A DNA stretch of 64,000 bases from a virus (lineage: Duplodnaviria; Heunggongvirae; Uroviricota; Caudoviricetes), in the IMG/VR virus record IMGVR_UViG_3300046779_001955, positions 10,116 to 74,115 of that record, one strand, 5' to 3'. Both the position numbers and the translations under genes were made by a program. Under the pieces are notes generated by a model. That model did no database searches. It saw nothing but the letters and a program-made list of their open reading frames with translations, and had not been told where the DNA came from. This document shows positions 9,325-19,147 of the stretch, piece after piece (position 1 is the stretch's first letter; the number at the start of each line of letters is the position of its first letter).

Positions 9325-9499
9325 ATTGCTCCTTGGATTCTAGTTTGTATTGAGCTTCATTTGCATAGTGTTCAAGGTATCGTGCCAACTGTTGTTGATT
9401 CAGACAATCATTTGGAACCAATGCAGTGTCCAAAGGCGGAGAAATACTTGGTGTCACGCAGCCTGCCAACGGCAGGCAGGCAATTAAAAGCCATCGCAT
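9260..9499 (-). CDS. lipoprotein
   Basis: internal start MRWLLIACLPLAGC (lipobox LAGC); ORF-track N-terminal extension to 9601 doubtful. Confidence 0.5.
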   Translation of the reverse strand: MRWLLIACLPLAGCVTPSISPPLDTALVPNDCLNQQQLARYLEHYANEAQYKLESKEQYEQRKGQYKARMWHLRYNCNR

Positions 9500-9675
9500 T
9501 CTTGACCTCGCTTGTTGTGTTTGTCCTGACGTTGATATGCACGACGGTTCCGTTCTACGTGCCCACGGAACGGGGTATTGGCCCCATAGAGCTCTACACA
9601 ACGACGTCGTTGCCGCGGTACTCTAAACTGTATATTTTGTGTTTTCATAATTGAAAATCCCAGTTAATGTACACA

Positions 9676-9704
9676 ATTATACACAAACTGGGATTATTGG
9701 TCAA
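9676..9704 (-). promoter_or_regulatory. sigma70-like promoter TTGACC-17-TATAAT
   Basis: revcomp TTGACCaataatcccagtttgtgTATAAT upstream of lipoprotein cluster. Confidence 0.6.
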
Positions 9705-9713
9705 TGGTTGCTT

Positions 9714-9926
9714 TTATACTAACGAATTGTGATTTTTGTAAGTGTATTCTCGTATCCAATGCTCAATGTCAGCTGGGCTTTTGGCACCTTTGAGAACTAG
9801 GTACTTCTCGAGGTCTGTCTGTGACCGACTATCTAACCATTCCCGTACACGTTCTTGGGCACGTTCCATCATTTCTCGGAGGCTAGCAGACATGATAAAT
9901 CGTTCTCCGAAGATAAGTCTCAGCAC
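9714..9926 (-). CDS. hypothetical protein
   Basis: 70-aa ORF; start uncertain. Confidence 0.4.
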   Translation of the reverse strand: MLRLIFGERFIMSASLREMMERAQERVREWLDSRSQTDLEKYLVLKGAKSPADIEHWIREYTYKNHNSLV

Positions 9927-9989
9927 GTCGTTGTCGTGCTTTGATCATTGACTCTATTAGAGAATCAACCAATTTTTTTATTTGACTCA

Positions 9990-10233
9990 TTATGTCTTGA
10001 CCTTGGCTTCTTTGGCCGCTGGCACCACTACCTGTTTCAATGATTCAGTGTAGGCTGTCCACGCATCATTTTGGGCACGAGCAAATTCAAAGCTGGCTTT
10101 GTGCACCACTTCAGCTGCTGAACGAACTTGTTCAGGCAAATAGGTAAGTGCAGTTTTTGCAGTTTTTTCCACTGAGTCAATGACTTCAGAAGCTTTGATT
10201 ATTTGAGTTGAATAAAATTTAGTAAAGTCCATT
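9990..10233 (-). CDS. hypothetical helical protein
   Basis: start at MDFTKFY with AAGGAG SD; Ala/Lys-rich helices (phasin-like look). Confidence 0.5.
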
Positions 10234-10309
10234 TTGGTCTCCTTGTAGTAAGCGAGCAAATCGAACAGCCCGACCTTTCGGCAATGTTCTTTGTTCAACT
10301 TTATTTAGC

Positions 10310-10338
10310 ATTATATTGTGCGTTGCAACAAAAATCAA
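10310..10338 (-). promoter_or_regulatory. candidate promoter TTGATT-17-TATAAT
   Basis: revcomp TTGATTtttgttgcaacgcacaaTATAAT. Confidence 0.45.
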
Positions 10339-10396
10339 GTATTTCTTTCGCCTTTTGTTACGGGATTAAATAATACATTGATTAAGGAGATTTGCA

Positions 10397-10663
10397 ATGG
10401 AACTTTTTATTTTATTGCTAGTGGTAATTGGAGCAGTTTGGTGGTTTACTTCGGTTGAGAACAAAGCAGAAGAATCGGGTCGTCATCCCTTGGATGGTAA
10501 TGTAACTAGACAAGAACCTGACTTAACCACAATACCTGATGGGATTGGTCATCAATCAATTACAGTTGCTCCGGTACTTACACAACAATTGGACGTACCT
10601 GCAACAGAATCAACTGCACCCAAAAAATCACGTAAACCTCGCGCTAAGAAATCAGCGGAGTAA
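10397..10663 (+). CDS. small membrane protein
   Basis: AAGGAG SD 7 nt upstream; N-terminal TM helix; basic C-terminus. Confidence 0.6.
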   Translation: MELFILLLVVIGAVWWFTSVENKAEESGRHPLDGNVTRQEPDLTTIPDGIGHQSITVAPVLTQQLDVPATESTAPKKSRKPRAKKSAE

Positions 10664-11674
10664 TTCTACAACTTGGTCTCGGGCAAGATTTTTGCCCTTG
10701 GCCTCACACTGTATATCCCACTGCTCTGCAAAGGTCAGAGCATATTCATTAACAGCCGAGTTCCAATAAAAGTCCGAGTGTGCTCGTAGCTTGCTCCGAG
10801 TGAAGCCTCTTGAAAGCAGTTGCTCAAGATTGGGTCTAGTACAGGGATCGTGATCCACCAAAAGATCTTCACGACTAACGCTGTAGTGAAGCACAGGGCG
10901 AACACCGCGCCAACTGTCCAAAACACGCTGCGCACGATCATCATCAGGAGTGATGTATTCTCCTGTTTTGACCCAGTGATGATGTATATCCAATGTAATT
11001 GGAACACGATGAATAACACCCAAAACAACATCAAGTCCATTTGTAATTTCATCATTCTCTATAGCGATTAGATTTCTAGCTTCGGGGGTCAATCTATCCA
11101 AAGTTTTTAGAAATTTGTCAGGCCCGCCTTTGCCTGACAAGTGTATGTTAATTTTAAATCCATGATCATGCCACTCAGCACCATAGCCCATCCATCGTGC
11201 AAGATCAACATGGTACTCAAACTCATCAATGCTGCGTTCAACAATATCATCGCTTTCACTTGCAAGAACACAGAACTGACCGGGATGGAAACTCAGACGA
11301 ACACCTAGTCTACGAGCAGCTTCGCCAACAGGTGCAAAAATTCGAGCACAATGATTTTGCACATCACTTTGCTGCCACCATTGTTGCCAGTCCTTTTCAG
11401 TGTAACCGTTGAGCATTTCTGAACCAAGACGAACCATGCGCTGAGTCTCAGGCAATGTGCCCACATGCTCTACCAGTGCTAATGCTGCTGCGGCATTATG
11501 GTTCATGATTTCAAACTGTCGTTGCTCGGCTTCGTCGCGATGCTCACGCAACCAGCGCATAGTAGTTGAACGTCCGTTCATGTGACGACTAGCCGACGTG
11601 GGTTTACGGCCAGCTACTTCTTCGGGATGATCTAGCCATTTGCAGCAAAAACCAATTTTAGTAGTGATAGGCAT
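10652..11674 (-). CDS. uvsE: UV damage endonuclease UvdE/UvsE
   Basis: SFHPGQF, NIHLSG, IENDE, DIHHHW blocks match the UvsE TIM-barrel family. Confidence 0.85.
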   Translation of the reverse strand: MPITTKIGFCCKWLDHPEEVAGRKPTSASRHMNGRSTTMRWLREHRDEAEQRQFEIMNHNAAAALALVEHVGTLPETQRMVRLGSEMLNGYTEKDWQQWWQQSDVQNHCARIFAPVGEAARRLGVRLSFHPGQFCVLASESDDIVERSIDEFEYHVDLARWMGYGAEWHDHGFKINIHLSGKGGPDKFLKTLDRLTPEARNLIAIENDEITNGLDVVLGVIHRVPITLDIHHHWVKTGEYITPDDDRAQRVLDSWRGVRPVLHYSVSREDLLVDHDPCTRPNLEQLLSRGFTRSKLRAHSDFYWNSAVNEYALTFAEQWDIQCEAKGKNLARDQVVELLR

Positions 11675-12098
11675 GAATTTTAGGTTTTACCTTTTCTTTA
11701 AGATATTGTAATTTTATACCACATTGTTGATAACCTTCGGCAATACCTAACACGTAACCCATTGACGGCGATCCAACAATGGGTCGTTGCATTTCGTAAA
11801 AGAAAAAATGCTCGTTGTCTTGACGCCAACGACGACGGTTATAGTATACTGGATAACCTTCGTATCGGTCAAGTGCTGCAATGTCCGAATCGGTTAGAAG
11901 CCAAAGAGCTCCGGGAACCACAGCACCGTGTTTTGGTACAATAGTAGCATGACTTCCAAATTCCAGTTCCCAACCTTTGAGATAAAACGATCGAACAAAT
12001 TGAGCGGTTGGGCACCGAAACGACATTTGGTTATGGTTCATGTTCGAGCCATAACCAAAATATAATTTTGGTAATTTATTAATAGATTTGAGTTTCAT
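11658..12098 (-). CDS. gamma-glutamyl cyclotransferase-like (AIG2/GGCT fold) protein
   Basis: YFGYGSNM motif near N-terminus. Confidence 0.65.
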   Translation of the reverse strand: MKLKSINKLPKLYFGYGSNMNHNQMSFRCPTAQFVRSFYLKGWELEFGSHATIVPKHGAVVPGALWLLTDSDIAALDRYEGYPVYYNRRRWRQDNEHFFFYEMQRPIVGSPSMGYVLGIAEGYQQCGIKLQYLKEKVKPKIHAYHY

Positions 12099-12128
12099 AT
12101 AGTCAAAAAAAAATCAACAACTTAGCAA

Positions 12129-12157
12129 GTATAAGTTATTGATTTTTTAAGGCCAAC
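12129..12157 (-). promoter_or_regulatory. candidate promoter TTGGCC-17-TATACT
   Basis: revcomp TTGGCCttaaaaaatcaataactTATACT. Confidence 0.45.
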
Positions 12158-12172
12158 TGGAATTTTACCGAA

Positions 12173-13090
12173 TTACTTTTCGCGCCAAAGATCCAGGGTT
12201 GTACAGTGGAAACCTCCGCCCAGCGTTCGGCTGTGTGTAAGCGGAATTGGTATAGTGTGGATTCCTTTGGATCTTAGTATTTCAATAAGAACTGTTTGAA
12301 TACTGTCCACTATAACAAGTCCTGGACGTACCACTAACATGTTAAGACCAATCCATTTGCTGGCATAAGGATATTGGTAAAAGTCCCGCGGCACACAGTC
12401 AGTTATGTATACCCTTGTCCAATCGCGCAAACATTGCGGACAATTTTCTTCGTTGACACGTTCACCATTGAGTAACACCAGTCCTTCTTGTATTGGTACA
12501 ATAGTTGAATCAATGTGTACGCCTGAATAGAATCCGCAGGCTTCGATATTGATGTTGGGAAATTGCTCTCGTAACCATTGCATAGCAGGTACATTACCAC
12601 TTTGGCTAACTAGATAGAGCCAATTGTCGTTCATTCTACACACGTTAGCAGCATCTAGAATAAATCCCTGATCTCTAGGCATGTGTCGAACATTTTCAGC
12701 CATGTCAACAATATCTTGCACACATTCAATTTCTTGATCTCTACAAGGATACAGCATAGCTGGATCTACAATGGTATTACCTGCAACCAACAAACGATCA
12801 CGAGGACAATAATTGTACATACCTTGATGAGTGGCAAAGTCGCGATCGTCGGGGCGGTAAACTGCTACACCAAGATTGTATAATACATTGCACAAATGAT
12901 CTAATTCTCTGTTTGCTTCATCAATGATATTCTGCGGTACTGGGCCTGATGGAACTGGAGTTTCTTTCCATAGAGTACGTTTGCTTTCTTGCTGAAATAC
13001 CGGATCATGGCTAGGCCAATTTGCACCAGTGGCAGATCCAACAAGTATTGCTCTTAGCGGATCCCATTCATTAAAACTGTGTATTTTCAT
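12173..13090 (-). CDS. amidinotransferase-superfamily enzyme (AGAT/StrB-like) paralog 1
   Basis: N-terminal HSFNEWDPLRAILVGS and C-terminal GGGFHCTTLDL catalytic-Cys motif; start at MKIHSF (ATGA overlap with upstream gene). Confidence 0.7.
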   Translation of the reverse strand: MKIHSFNEWDPLRAILVGSATGANWPSHDPVFQQESKRTLWKETPVPSGPVPQNIIDEANRELDHLCNVLYNLGVAVYRPDDRDFATHQGMYNYCPRDRLLVAGNTIVDPAMLYPCRDQEIECVQDIVDMAENVRHMPRDQGFILDAANVCRMNDNWLYLVSQSGNVPAMQWLREQFPNINIEACGFYSGVHIDSTIVPIQEGLVLLNGERVNEENCPQCLRDWTRVYITDCVPRDFYQYPYASKWIGLNMLVVRPGLVIVDSIQTVLIEILRSKGIHTIPIPLTHSRTLGGGFHCTTLDLWREK

Positions 13091-13602
13091 ATGCCTGTAA
13101 TTTGTAATGTGTATCGTTCGGTACTGCCAATGTTGGCAGCAATATGAGGTAAATCGTTTTTCCAACAAACCCAGTCGCCAGCTCGCCATTGTACAATTGG
13201 GTTCCCATCAAGTTCTAAATAATGTCCCCGATCCCAGTCTTCTAAAAATACTATTGCCCGAGTAATGTCTTGATCTTGGTCTATGTTGTAAATTTCTCGA
13301 AATCTACTGTAAGTGTCCCGGTGCTCGGGTATAGTTGTGCCCGGCTCCATTCTATACACACTCCAGCTAAAGTGTTCAAAATAGAAAACTCCTCGAAAAA
13401 ACTTCATCCAGGGCGGCTCTGGATTGCGCATATCGTACATGTCACCAGTAAATTTGGTTTGTGTGTATCCAAGCTTTCTCCAGAGCTCTTGGGTAACAGG
13501 ATCGTTAAAAGGTTCGTTTTTATAATCTAACAATCGATGTTGATAACCCCACCATGGTGCAAGATGTCCTTGCGACCAATGATTAGTTTCTAGTATTGCC
13601 AT
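13087..13602 (-). CDS. cupin / 2OG-Fe(II) oxygenase-like protein
   Basis: H-x-D (EHRD) ... H (LPHIA) facial-triad spacing. Confidence 0.45.
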   Translation of the reverse strand: MAILETNHWSQGHLAPWWGYQHRLLDYKNEPFNDPVTQELWRKLGYTQTKFTGDMYDMRNPEPPWMKFFRGVFYFEHFSWSVYRMEPGTTIPEHRDTYSRFREIYNIDQDQDITRAIVFLEDWDRGHYLELDGNPIVQWRAGDWVCWKNDLPHIAANIGSTERYTLQITGI

Positions 13603-14833
13603 AGTGTATTATGGTCACACGATTTGTTTGTGTGTTTAGTTTGCGCCATGGGTCAACTACAACTGAGTTAGTGGGAATGTAACTATAATACTCATCGGCT
13701 TTGACATCCCCGGTGTATCCGTATGTAACTGCACGATTATGTGCCATCAATACTACCGAAGGTTCTGAGAGTTCGGTTACTACATCTATGGGATCATCGG
13801 CCAACGGATCCAAATACACAACCCTGCGACCTAGTTCCTGGATATAGAATCCAACTAGTGTAGAGTAAGATCCAATACAATAAGGTACATCAGGTTTATA
13901 TGCCTTACCATGAATAACAATCGGACTGTTACCTAGTTGATGTAGATCTGCTTGCTCTACTAAAAACTTTGCAAGATTTCGTGCTTGGATTTCGCGAGCA
14001 TGCATGATGGTATCAAACAGATCATAACCTATATCATATTCTTGTGCAAGCCAGCGCAAGGCAATGTTATCACGTGGATGGCATGCTCCAGCATCGCCCA
14101 TGCCTGCTGTCATGTACTTAGGTCCCATGATACGCATGGTACTACGAGCCAGGGCATTAGTTACTACGTCAACATTGATATTGCCAATCTTGAGTGCAAA
14201 GTCTTGAATCATGTTAGCAAGACCAACCTTGGCGCTGATGTATGTGTTATAAAAGATTTTAATAGCTTCACATTCGTCCCAGGTGCCAACTTCGTATCTA
14301 GGATCATTCTTCATAATACCCCGATACAATTCAATAAGTTCGCTGGCAACTCCTGTAACACTACCGTCTTCGGTGCCGATAATAACCATCTCTGGGTTAG
14401 CCATGTCCCACTTAACTGAACCCATAGCAATCAAGTATGGATTGTATAAGAATTGATGTTTCTTATCAAGCAATGTAATGAACTTACGACGTGTTGTCCC
14501 CGGGAGAACTGTGCTAATTAACACAACCTTTTTACTTGATTTGGCATGTTGGTTGATTTTAAGTATAGCATCAATCACAGCTTCATGTCCAAAATCTCTA
14601 GGCTCCATATGAGAACTAGGAATTGATCCATCATAACCTTCGGCATGCGGGGTAGGGACTGCAATAAAAATCCAATCACTGTGGTTGATCATCTCACCGA
14701 TGTCAGAATATACTTGTACAGTTTCACTTTGACGAGGGAAAATATCATATCCATTAGTTGGATACCTCTCAGCAAAAACTTCAGCACAGTCCAAACCTAA
14801 CTTACCTAAACCAATAAAACCTACTCTGGGCAT
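13583..14833 (-). CDS. nucleotide-sugar (UDP-glucose/GDP-mannose family) dehydrogenase
   Basis: VGFIGLGKLG Rossmann motif, GGACHPRD catalytic-Cys block; start at MPRVGF with AAAGGA SD. Confidence 0.8.
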   Translation of the reverse strand: MPRVGFIGLGKLGLDCAEVFAERYPTNGYDIFPRQSETVQVYSDIGEMINHSDWIFIAVPTPHAEGYDGSIPSSHMEPRDFGHEAVIDAILKINQHAKSSKKVVLISTVLPGTTRRKFITLLDKKHQFLYNPYLIAMGSVKWDMANPEMVIIGTEDGSVTGVASELIELYRGIMKNDPRYEVGTWDECEAIKIFYNTYISAKVGLANMIQDFALKIGNINVDVVTNALARSTMRIMGPKYMTAGMGDAGACHPRDNIALRWLAQEYDIGYDLFDTIMHAREIQARNLAKFLVEQADLHQLGNSPIVIHGKAYKPDVPYCIGSYSTLVGFYIQELGRRVVYLDPLADDPIDVVTELSEPSVVLMAHNRAVTYGYTGDVKADEYYSYIPTNSVVVDPWRKLNTQTNRVTIIHYGNTRN

Positions 14834-14897
14834 AAACAATCCTTTGTTGAAAACATTAATTATCAGTGAAAACTGATGGTCTATAAATAATTTTAAC

Positions 14898-15323
14898 ATG
14901 CGTTATCAAAATTTACAACTCCAACCTATATCTATTTCCTTTGAATCAAAACTTTCGGACAATGTAGACACTGAATTTTCTGTGGGTACTCGGTTTGCCT
15001 CAGCTAGCCAATTTGTCAAATTATTACCGGGCCTGACTGTATTCACTGATGTTGTTGAGCTTGGCAATCATGATCAACTGCGTATATTTGTAAAGAATAT
15101 AAAATACGGGGATTCAGTAAGAATTAAAGATATTGAAATTGGTAACGTTACTTTACAGCATTACATTTACCAAGGGTGCCAATATCAGGCTGCTGCCAAA
15201 GACTATTACAAACCTGGCACTGAATTTCATCTTGACGGAGTGTTTGAACTAGACATTACAATGCCCATATGGCGCTGGTTGCTGAATCACATTGAAAGAG
15301 AGATACGTGAAAACCGAACATAA
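14898..15323 (+). CDS. hypothetical protein
   Basis: 141-aa ORF on plus strand inside the enzyme island. Confidence 0.5.
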   Translation: MRYQNLQLQPISISFESKLSDNVDTEFSVGTRFASASQFVKLLPGLTVFTDVVELGNHDQLRIFVKNIKYGDSVRIKDIEIGNVTLQHYIYQGCQYQAAAKDYYKPGTEFHLDGVFELDITMPIWRWLLNHIEREIRENRT

Positions 15324-16074
15324 CTTGCCGGAAATTATCAAACAATTACACGACAACAATCAAGTTGAATTAGATTCTGTATTACACTGTGGTATTCCAT
15401 ACATGATGTTAGATTTACATGCACCGCGATTTTCTCGAGATCAAACTCAGAGTTGGATCAATCAGTGGTTTCATTCACAATCCACTGACCAAACTCCGGA
15501 AACAGAGTTTACAAAATTAACACATCGGTCATTTGAAATTGACAGTGAGCTCAACAAGGGTTGGAAAAGCCGTATTATATTTGGTCCAGCAGAATGGTGC
15601 GAGCATTGGCATCTTGGAACTCACGAAGATGAATATACATTAAGTATCAAGCATCGCAATGATTTTAATTTTGTTTGGCTGGTCAAAGAAAATCATCCAG
15701 TGCGCACATGGATCAATACAATGTTCACCGATGATGAATTACTCAATGTCACTGCTTGGGCGATGCCGCCTGGAGGATATTTAAATCCTCATCAAGACTC
15801 TACTACCAATCGTCACGGTATAAACAATCTTTATTGGGCTGTTCAATGGGATCCGGGTAATGAGTTTGGATTCTATCGTTTTGGAACCATACCTATCAAA
15901 GAAGGATCGGTGTGTCTGGTCAATAACTATTCTTATCCTCATTGGGTAGTCAACAACAGTAGTTCTGATCGCCTTGTATTAAGTATTGGTGCTGATCTAA
16001 ATAAAATTGAGCCTGACATTATTCGTAGTTGGCATCTGATGCATAGTCTCGGCCGGGGAAATAATCCTGCATAG
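15292..16074 (+). CDS. aspartyl/asparaginyl beta-hydroxylase-like cupin oxygenase
   Basis: NPHQDS (HxD) and YPHW (distal His); start codon uncertain (TTG). Confidence 0.5.
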   Translation: MKERYVKTEHNLPEIIKQLHDNNQVELDSVLHCGIPYMMLDLHAPRFSRDQTQSWINQWFHSQSTDQTPETEFTKLTHRSFEIDSELNKGWKSRIIFGPAEWCEHWHLGTHEDEYTLSIKHRNDFNFVWLVKENHPVRTWINTMFTDDELLNVTAWAMPPGGYLNPHQDSTTNRHGINNLYWAVQWDPGNEFGFYRFGTIPIKEGSVCLVNNYSYPHWVVNNSSSDRLVLSIGADLNKIEPDIIRSWHLMHSLGRGNNPA

Positions 16075-17281
16075 TACCTTTGCGACCTAGATCCAGCGTA
16101 TGACAGTGGGTACCAGCGTCCCAGAAGAACTGATGTCTACTGGGTATTACGTGACATGTAATGCCATAGCGTTCCATTGCACGTATGACATTGTCATCAT
16201 GTTGTGCGACCACAGCAGTCTTGGGATCAATCATTAGTATGTTCACAAAGAAACGTGTTTCCAATGCATTACCTGTCCAACTACGTAGATAACTATCAAC
16301 AAAATCTGTGAGTGCAGCCGTGCGTTCTTGTCCTCGTAAATACCAACGTCCAAATCCCCACTGTCTGATCTTTCGCCATCCTTCGCTTTCAACAAGATAA
16401 CTGTTGTCACTACCATAAATTATCTCCCATCCGGGAAAACTCTTTTCATAGTTTGTTCGATCATGGTAGCTGACAATAAGGCCCGGAGCAACCGGACAAA
16501 ATGTGCCATCACTGTGTCCTCCACAATCAATAATGTTAGATCTATATTGAGTTCCAGCAATTTGCTGACTTATGGCAGTGAGCTCAGGAGTTATTTCATC
16601 ATAACTTTCGGTACTGAAATACAGATCTCTCCCAAGTCTAGTGACCATACTACCGTTGACCAAACGCCAGTGATCACTGATGTCAACTATCTGGTTTCCT
16701 TGTTCTATAACCCATTCATAGATACCATTGTAAACTCCACCGGGATTAGTTGATCTTGGTTCCATGGTATACCAAGTTTCATTGCGCCAGTGCAGATATT
16801 GACATTGATTTATTAGAATTTCTTGGATATGTTTGGGGAGTTCTTTGAAACTACTTTCGCGTGAGCAATCTGGCCATCCAGGTTGACGAACGTCTTGATA
16901 AAACTGGCCCCAGCCTGGCCATTCTTCATAATGATCAGCGTAGACCATTGAATCTTGTGTGCGATTTATATAAAATAAATCTCCAATCATTACATGTGCG
17001 TCTCTAGGACACACCGGCGGCCTTGGGTACTCTTTAACTGTTTTGGATTCTATTGATTCTGCAATTTTATGCCAGTCACTGACATTGGGCCTAAATACTC
17101 TTACTCCACGTGATTCAATAAATTGTGCTAACGCATCAAGATCTTCCTGCGTTTCAACAACTATTTTTTCCAATAAGTTTCGCAGTTTGGTATCTTGTAC
17201 GTAGGAGAAAAATTCAGGTGGCCAACAACTCCCGACTACACAAGCTTGAAGTGGATCCCAATGTTGGTAAATTTGTAGCAT
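16019..17281 (-). CDS. amidinotransferase-superfamily enzyme paralog 2
   Basis: YQHWDPLQACVVGS and GTHCHTLDLGR motifs. Confidence 0.7.
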   Translation of the reverse strand: MLQIYQHWDPLQACVVGSCWPPEFFSYVQDTKLRNLLEKIVVETQEDLDALAQFIESRGVRVFRPNVSDWHKIAESIESKTVKEYPRPPVCPRDAHVMIGDLFYINRTQDSMVYADHYEEWPGWGQFYQDVRQPGWPDCSRESSFKELPKHIQEILINQCQYLHWRNETWYTMEPRSTNPGGVYNGIYEWVIEQGNQIVDISDHWRLVNGSMVTRLGRDLYFSTESYDEITPELTAISQQIAGTQYRSNIIDCGGHSDGTFCPVAPGLIVSYHDRTNYEKSFPGWEIIYGSDNSYLVESEGWRKIRQWGFGRWYLRGQERTAALTDFVDSYLRSWTGNALETRFFVNILMIDPKTAVVAQHDDNVIRAMERYGITCHVIPSRHQFFWDAGTHCHTLDLGRKGTMQDYFPGRDYASDANYE

Positions 17282-17283
17282 AG

Positions 17284-18537
17284 GTGATTATGTCAATTCC
17301 GTTAGAACAACTGTATGATTTTTATGACAGCATTATCTCTGATAACCTAATAATTTATCAGTTCTGGCCACATGGATCTAAAAACATCTTGGATTTAAAA
17401 CCTATACAAGCATACAGTTTGGAACAAGTGGTCACAGACCCAATTATGATTTGCCATGACCAAGAACCATTGCATTTTGATTTTTACACTTCAGACAAAA
17501 TATCTGGTCTATGGGCTCACGGAGCTGGCTCTGACTGGCCACCAGAGTTTGCAGAGTTTTGGGAAAGTCGTAATCTTAGATCTGCCTGTGAAGTAAACAT
17601 ACACGATCAATGCCTGTTGTTGCACAGTGAACAACGTAGTAAAAATTTAAACCAATATCAACAATCAGGCTTTGTTCCTGTATATGTCTGGAGTCACGGA
17701 ATTATTGCGAGAGACTGGTATAGATATGCAGAGATTGACCCGAGATTACAAACCCAGCACCAGTCAACTTATGATTTTAACATATATGCTCGAGCTTGGA
17801 CTGGTACAAGAGAATATAGACTGATGCTGTTGGCATTGACAGCGGATATATCGCATCATTGTCGTGTGACATTCGCAGCCAATGATGGTGGATCATATCA
17901 AAAATATCAACCCACTAATCCAAAGTTTTATATCAATCATTTTGATCTTGTAAATCTCTACAGTGACAGTTCGATTAGCAGTGACTCAAGTGCAACCTAC
18001 AATTGGCAGCATTATCAACAGTGTGCAATTGATGTTGTCACTGAAACTTTATTTGATGATGATCGAATGCACTTAACCGAAAAAGTGTTACGCCCCATTG
18101 CCTGTGGCAAACCATTTATCATAGCCGGTCCTTGGGGTAGCCTTGAATATCTAAGAACATATGGATTTGAAACGTTTGAGAGTTTGATAGATGAAACCTA
18201 TGACACTATAGAGAATCCGTATCAACGTCTACGTGCATTGACAGATCTAATGCGTCAGATTGCGAGAATGTCTGGTCACCACAAAAAACAACTGTATCAT
18301 GCCATGAACAACATAGCTCAAAGAAACCGCAGACACTTTTTCAGCACAGAATTTTTTCAACAGTTAATTGTTGAATACAGTGTTAATGCTAGAGATGGTC
18401 TTAGGCAAGTGTACGAAAGTTGTCAAGGCACTGAGTGGAACTCGCACATGTCTGTGTACAATCAATATCCCAACTTGCACAGTGAAATCTTAGATTTACA
18501 ATCAGTGGTGCTAGATAGACTCCACACGACAAGATAG
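17284..18537 (+). CDS. hypothetical 417-aa protein
   Basis: long ORF divergent from amidinotransferase 2, start codons 3 nt apart. Confidence 0.6.
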   Translation: MIMSIPLEQLYDFYDSIISDNLIIYQFWPHGSKNILDLKPIQAYSLEQVVTDPIMICHDQEPLHFDFYTSDKISGLWAHGAGSDWPPEFAEFWESRNLRSACEVNIHDQCLLLHSEQRSKNLNQYQQSGFVPVYVWSHGIIARDWYRYAEIDPRLQTQHQSTYDFNIYARAWTGTREYRLMLLALTADISHHCRVTFAANDGGSYQKYQPTNPKFYINHFDLVNLYSDSSISSDSSATYNWQHYQQCAIDVVTETLFDDDRMHLTEKVLRPIACGKPFIIAGPWGSLEYLRTYGFETFESLIDETYDTIENPYQRLRALTDLMRQIARMSGHHKKQLYHAMNNIAQRNRRHFFSTEFFQQLIVEYSVNARDGLRQVYESCQGTEWNSHMSVYNQYPNLHSEILDLQSVVLDRLHTTR

Positions 18538-18975
18538 AATTTCCAGTGTTTCTAAAATTACGTTCGCTGTTAGATCCACAACATATTCACCTGATCTAAA
18601 TTTATTGTCCAAAACTACAAAATCATCAGTTGTGGTATACCATTCGTTTAATATATGTAACAATTTGTTTTGACAATCAATATATCCATAGGTATAAATT
18701 TTGTGAAATTCTATCTTGTTGATGTCGGTTTTTTCTGGAACCCTAAACCATGTTACACTGTGCAATAATTTGAAATTGCTATTGCCCTTGAAGCTTTCTG
18801 AATGCGCGGCTAAACTCCACTTCACTGCTTCCCCAATCGGTGCCATTTGAGAAATATCAGCTAGTAATTGTTTACCATCAGTTGTATCGCGAAAATCAAA
18901 AGAGTAGCTTGATCCATCTACGGCCCATACAGCAGTAGATACCAACAGTATAAAAGATACAAATAGTTTTTTCAT
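18511..18975 (-). CDS. secreted protein
   Basis: cleavable signal peptide (LLVSTAVWAVDG). Confidence 0.55.
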   Translation of the reverse strand: MKKLFVSFILLVSTAVWAVDGSSYSFDFRDTTDGKQLLADISQMAPIGEAVKWSLAAHSESFKGNSNFKLLHSVTWFRVPEKTDINKIEFHKIYTYGYIDCQNKLLHILNEWYTTTDDFVVLDNKFRSGEYVVDLTANVILETLEILSCRVESI

Positions 18976-19112
18976 AGCGGTTCCTGTATTTGTACTTACA
19001 ATACAGAACTGAAAATTAAACCATGTGTATTATCCTCGGTGTGGGGGTGAAGGTGGCGGCCCTGGAGGTGTTGGTTTAGGCTTTCGATGATTGTACCAGC
19101 TCATATGTATCC

Positions 19113-19147
19113 CCAAAAAAAAGCCCCGTCGCCGGGGCAAAAAAATT
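19113..19147. terminator. bidirectional rho-independent terminator
   Basis: AAAAAAAA GCCCCG tcgc CGGGGC AAAAAAA; hairpin flanked by A/T runs on both strands. Confidence 0.7.
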
